DNA of 57,842 bases, taken from contig DATJUF010000243.1 in the NCBI GenBank assembly GCA_035502655.1, positions 1 through 57,842 on the forward strand. Reading direction: 5' to 3'. Below, one piece after another: positions 54,624 through 57,842 of this stretch. Each line of letters opens with the position of its first letter. Position 1 is the stretch's first letter. The notes below the pieces were generated by a model. It did not search any database. It was given only the letters and a program-made list of their open reading frames with translations, and was not told the origin of the DNA. A program made the translations under genes and the position numbers. This DNA comes from Candidatus Binataceae bacterium (GTDB lineage Bacteria > Desulfobacterota > Binatia > Binatales > Binataceae).

Positions 54624-56336
54624 ATGGCCAACGAGTCTAATTCTCCTGCGCTCACCAATGGATTCCATCTCGTGATCGACGCCATGAAGCTCAATGGCCT
54701 TGACACGATCTTTGGCGTGGCCGGCATTCCAATAACAGACCTGGCCCGGCTCGCTCAGGCCGAAGGCATTCGCTATATCGGCTTCCGTCACGAGCAATCG
54801 GCCGGCAACGCCGCGGCGATTTCCGGCTACCTGACGCAAAAGCCAGGAGTTTGCCTAACCGTTTCGGCTCCGGGCTTTCTCAACGGAATGGTGGCATTAG
54901 CCAATGCGACGATAAATAGCTTCCCGATGATTCAGATCAGCGGATCGAGCGACCGCGCAATCGTCGACCTCCAGCAGGGCGACTACGAAGAACTTGACCA
55001 GATGAACGCGGCCAAGCCGTATGCCAAAGCGGCCTATCGGGTAAATCGAGCGGAGGATATCGGCATCGGGCTCGCGCGTGCGATTCGTGCAGCGGTTTCC
55101 GGACGTCCCGGCGGCGTCTACCTCGATCTCCCCGCCAGTGTCTTGAGCGCCACACTTGATGCGGGGTCCGCGGCGCGCTCATTGGTCTGCGTGGCCGATG
55201 CTACCCCGCGCCAGATTCCAGCTCCCGAAGTAGTCGAGCGCGCCTTGGAATTGCTGGCGCAGGCGGAACAGCCGCTGATTATCCTGGGCAAAGGCGCCGC
55301 TTATGCCCAGGCTGATTCCGGTATCCGTGCGTTCATCGAGAAGACGGGAATCCCGTTTGTGCCGATGTCGATGGCGAAGGGAGTGCTTCCGGACGACCAT
55401 CCGCAGTCGGCAGCGGCGGCCAGATCGTTCGCGCTGGCCCAAGCCGACGTGGTGATGTTGATCGGCGCGCGGCTGAATTGGCTCCTGGGTCATGGCAAGA
55501 GCCCTCAATGGTCAGCCACGGCACAATTCGTTCAGCTTGATATCGCGCCCACAGAAATGGACAGCAATCGTCCGATAGCCGCGCCGGTTGTTGGAGATAT
55601 CACGTCGTCTATCGCAGCCTTTCTGGCTGCACTCAAGCCTGGCCGGATTAAGCCCAGCTCCTCATGGCTGAACGAACTGGCGCAGCGCAAGCAGCGCAAT
55701 GCCGAGCACATGGCCGCACGCGTCGCCGCTAACCCCAGCCCGATGGATTTCTACAGTGCGCTCGGCACTATCTCACGCGTGCTCGACGGCAAGCCAGAGA
55801 TCTACCTGGTCAACGAAGGGGCGAACACACTGGATATTGCGCGCAACGTTATCGGCATGCGCGCGCCGCGCAAGCGCCTTGACTGTGGGACGTGGGGCGT
55901 GATGGGCATCGGCATGGGCTATGCCATCGGAGCTGCGGTTACGAGTGGAAAGCCAGTCGTCGCGATAGAGGGCGATAGCGCCTTTGGCTTCAGTGGCATG
56001 GAAATAGAAACCGTCTGCCGATACCGGCTGCCGATTGTCGTGATCGTCTTCAATAACGGCGGAATTTATCGCGGTGACGACGTGAATCGCGGCGGCGGCG
56101 CCGACCCCGCGCCGACCGTCCTGATGGCGCAGGCGCATTACGAAAGAATTATTGAAGCCTTTGGCGGCGCAGGCTATCACGTGACCAACCCGCTGGAACT
56201 CAGCGGGGCGTTCACCGACGCTCTCGCATCCGGCAAGCCGGCACTTATCAATTGCGTGATCGATCCGAAGGCGGGCACGGAAAGCGGCCATATTGGCAGT
56301 CTCAACCCGCGAAGCTCAATCGCGCCCAGGAATTGA
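54624..56336 (+). CDS. oxc: oxalyl-CoA decarboxylase (ThDP-dependent)
   Basis: Start MANESNSPALTNGFHLVIDAMKLNGLDTIFGVAGIPITDLARL...FRHEQSAGNAA...KPGVCLTVSAPGFLNG...ISGSSDRAIVDLQQGDYEELDQMN...VSGRPGGVYLDLPA. This is near-colinear with Oxalobacter Oxc as I recall it. Confidence 0.92.
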   Translation: MANESNSPALTNGFHLVIDAMKLNGLDTIFGVAGIPITDLARLAQAEGIRYIGFRHEQSAGNAAAISGYLTQKPGVCLTVSAPGFLNGMVALANATINSFPMIQISGSSDRAIVDLQQGDYEELDQMNAAKPYAKAAYRVNRAEDIGIGLARAIRAAVSGRPGGVYLDLPASVLSATLDAGSAARSLVCVADATPRQIPAPEVVERALELLAQAEQPLIILGKGAAYAQADSGIRAFIEKTGIPFVPMSMAKGVLPDDHPQSAAAARSFALAQADVVMLIGARLNWLLGHGKSPQWSATAQFVQLDIAPTEMDSNRPIAAPVVGDITSSIAAFLAALKPGRIKPSSSWLNELAQRKQRNAEHMAARVAANPSPMDFYSALGTISRVLDGKPEIYLVNEGANTLDIARNVIGMRAPRKRLDCGTWGVMGIGMGYAIGAAVTSGKPVVAIEGDSAFGFSGMEIETVCRYRLPIVVIVFNNGGIYRGDDVNRGGGADPAPTVLMAQAHYERIIEAFGGAGYHVTNPLELSGAFTDALASGKPALINCVIDPKAGTESGHIGSLNPRSSIAPRN

Positions 56337-56356
56337 AGGAAAACGAATACCTAACC

Positions 56357-57842
56357 ATGGACCCACGCACGACTCTAGCGCAACTATTGGCCGATCCCGA
56401 GGCATCGTCGCCCGCGATCATCTGCCCGCCTATCGGCGTCGTAGTCAGCTACAAGTCGCTGGCCACCCAGGTTGAGCGTCTCGCTGAGCAATTTTTGGGT
56501 GCGGGACTGAAGGCTGGCGAAGTCGTTGCGATCATACTGCCCAACGGCCTGGAGTTCCTCGTCGTTTTTCTAGCCTTGACACGCGCGCGGCTGGTAGCGG
56601 CTCCGATCAACCTAGCGAACAAGGCTATCGAGTTGAAGTCTATTCTCGATGCGGCACGTCCCAGCGCGGTTATCGCCGAGAGCGGCAATACCGTAGCCGC
56701 AGAGGTCACCGCCGCTCTCGAGGTGCCGTTATGGCCGCCGCTCCTGGAATCATCGGGCGGCGTGACGCTGGCACATCTTGCGACCGCTGCGCGCGGCACC
56801 CTCGAGACCCCGAAGGAGGACGATGTTGCGCTCTTGATGTACACGAGTGGTACGACGGGCCAGCCTAAAGGAGTCCCGCTGACCCACCGCAACGTGCTCC
56901 GCTCGGTGGGAAATATCGCGTCGCACTACGCACTGACGCCCGCCGATCGAAGTCTCGTGGTGATGCCGCTGTTTCACGGTCATGGACTGATTGGCGCAGC
57001 GCTGTCAACGCTGGCTTCAGGAGGTACGTTGATCGTACCGCCGCGTTTTTCCGCCTCAGATTTCTGGCCGCTCTTCCGTGAGCATCAGGCTACCTGGTAC
57101 TCGGCAGTGCCGACCATTCACCAAATCCTGCTGGCTCGGGCCGATACTGACGGAGCGCCAGATCGTGGTGCGCGATTTATTCGCTCATGCTCGGCGGCCT
57201 TGGCTCCTGCCGTCCTGGCGAACCTCGAAAAACGGTTTGGAGCGCCGGTGCTGGAGGCCTACGGGATGACCGAAACGTCTCATCAGTTGGCCTCCAATCC
57301 TCTTCCGCCTCTTCCCCACAAGGCCGGTAGCGTTGGATTTGCCACCGGAGTTGAGATCGCGATCATCGATCAGGCCGGTAAACATCTCCCGCCAAATGCT
57401 TCCGGCGAAGTCATTGTACGGGGTCCCAGCGTGATGACAGGCTACCGCGCTAATCCTGCTGCGAACGCTGCGGCATTTATTGACGGATGGTTCCGCAGCG
57501 GGGATGTCGGCGTCCTCGATAGTGGCGGCTACCTTAGGCTGACGGGACGGATCAAAGAGCTGATCAACCGAGGTGGAGAGAAAATCTCGCCGGATGAAAT
57601 CGAGGCCGTGCTATTGGAGCATCCCGCGGTAGCCGAGGCGGGAGCCTTCCCGGTGCCGGACGCCAAGTATGGCGAGGATGTGGGCGCAGCCGTGGTGCTC
57701 AAGGGCGCCGCCGATCCGGACAGCCTTAAGGCCTTCTGCCGTGAGCACCTGGCGGACTTCAAAACGCCGAAGAGGATTTGGATCGCCTCGGCATTACCCA
57801 AAAGTGCCACAGGCAAGATTCGGCGAAGCGAACTTGCCGCGT
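56357..57842 (+). CDS. AAE3/Pcs60-type oxalate--CoA ligase (3' end lies outside the window)
   Basis: Open frame from ATG 56357 to the window edge; it is not in the track. Motifs: LMYTSGTTGQPKGVPLTH (AMP-binding), RFIRSCSAALAP, GAPVLEAYGMTETSHQ, PHKAGSVG and GRIKELINRGGEKISP.EIE. These are very close to the plant/yeast oxalyl-CoA synthetase AAE3 motifs. Confidence 0.85.
   Translation, partial: MDPRTTLAQLLADPEASSPAIICPPIGVVVSYKSLATQVERLAEQFLGAGLKAGEVVAIILPNGLEFLVVFLALTRARLVAAPINLANKAIELKSILDAARPSAVIAESGNTVAAEVTAALEVPLWPPLLESSGGVTLAHLATAARGTLETPKEDDVALLMYTSGTTGQPKGVPLTHRNVLRSVGNIASHYALTPADRSLVVMPLFHGHGLIGAALSTLASGGTLIVPPRFSASDFWPLFREHQATWYSAVPTIHQILLARADTDGAPDRGARFIRSCSAALAPAVLANLEKRFGAPVLEAYGMTETSHQLASNPLPPLPHKAGSVGFATGVEIAIIDQAGKHLPPNASGEVIVRGPSVMTGYRANPAANAAAFIDGWFRSGDVGVLDSGGYLRLTGRIKELINRGGEKISPDEIEAVLLEHPAVAEAGAFPVPDAKYGEDVGAAVVLKGAADPDSLKAFCREHLADFKTPKRIWIASALPKSATGKIRRSELAA

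Noticed and set aside
1-57842. CRISPR arrays, rRNA genes, additional tRNAs, intact IS elements or prophage genes
   Set aside because: I saw no regularly spaced direct repeats, no rRNA-like sequence, no second tRNA-like T-arm/acceptor pattern and no transposase or integrase catalytic gene.

Overview
This is a GC-rich bacterial chromosomal window, densely coded on both strands. There is no CRISPR array, rRNA or intact mobile element. The only RNA gene is an initiator tRNA-Met. Many long ORFs in the track are antisense artefacts of the high GC content.

Contents from left to right:
- **1-4.9 kb:** a DUF3300/DUF2950 secreted pair and tRNA-fMet.
- **5-11.7 kb:** a signalling block with a sigma-54 NtrC-type activator, a PAS-GAF histidine kinase, a CHASE3 hybrid kinase and a lone receiver.
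- **11.9-24.6 kb:** small lipoproteins, a ferritin-like protein, an orphan pstS, a UvrD-family helicase, fabI and gloB.
- **20-44 kb:** a long redox/catabolic stretch with four luciferase-like (LLM) oxidoreductases, a P450, an SDR, maiA, an esterase, an amidohydrolase and a B12-type radical SAM enzyme.
- **45-57.8 kb:** a GH31 glycosidase, an indoleamine-2,3-dioxygenase homolog, an orphan molybdopterin hydroxylase subunit, a second amidohydrolase, a PqqC-like protein, and an oxalate module (oxc plus an AAE3-type oxalate-CoA ligase).

The most interesting signal is at 27801-28334. Two track ORFs are really one gene joined by an in-frame UGA. It encodes a U-G-G-C-x-x-C selenoprotein with an fdhF-like SECIS hairpin. 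The gene is translationally coupled to an uncharacterised thioredoxin-fusion protein, inside a five-gene operon that looks like a thiol/selenol redox system.

A second notable item is a relic of a type III CoA-transferase (frc-like) 3' end, sitting just upstream of oxc.

All calls come from reading the sequence and recalling protein families. No searches were run, and start codons are best guesses.
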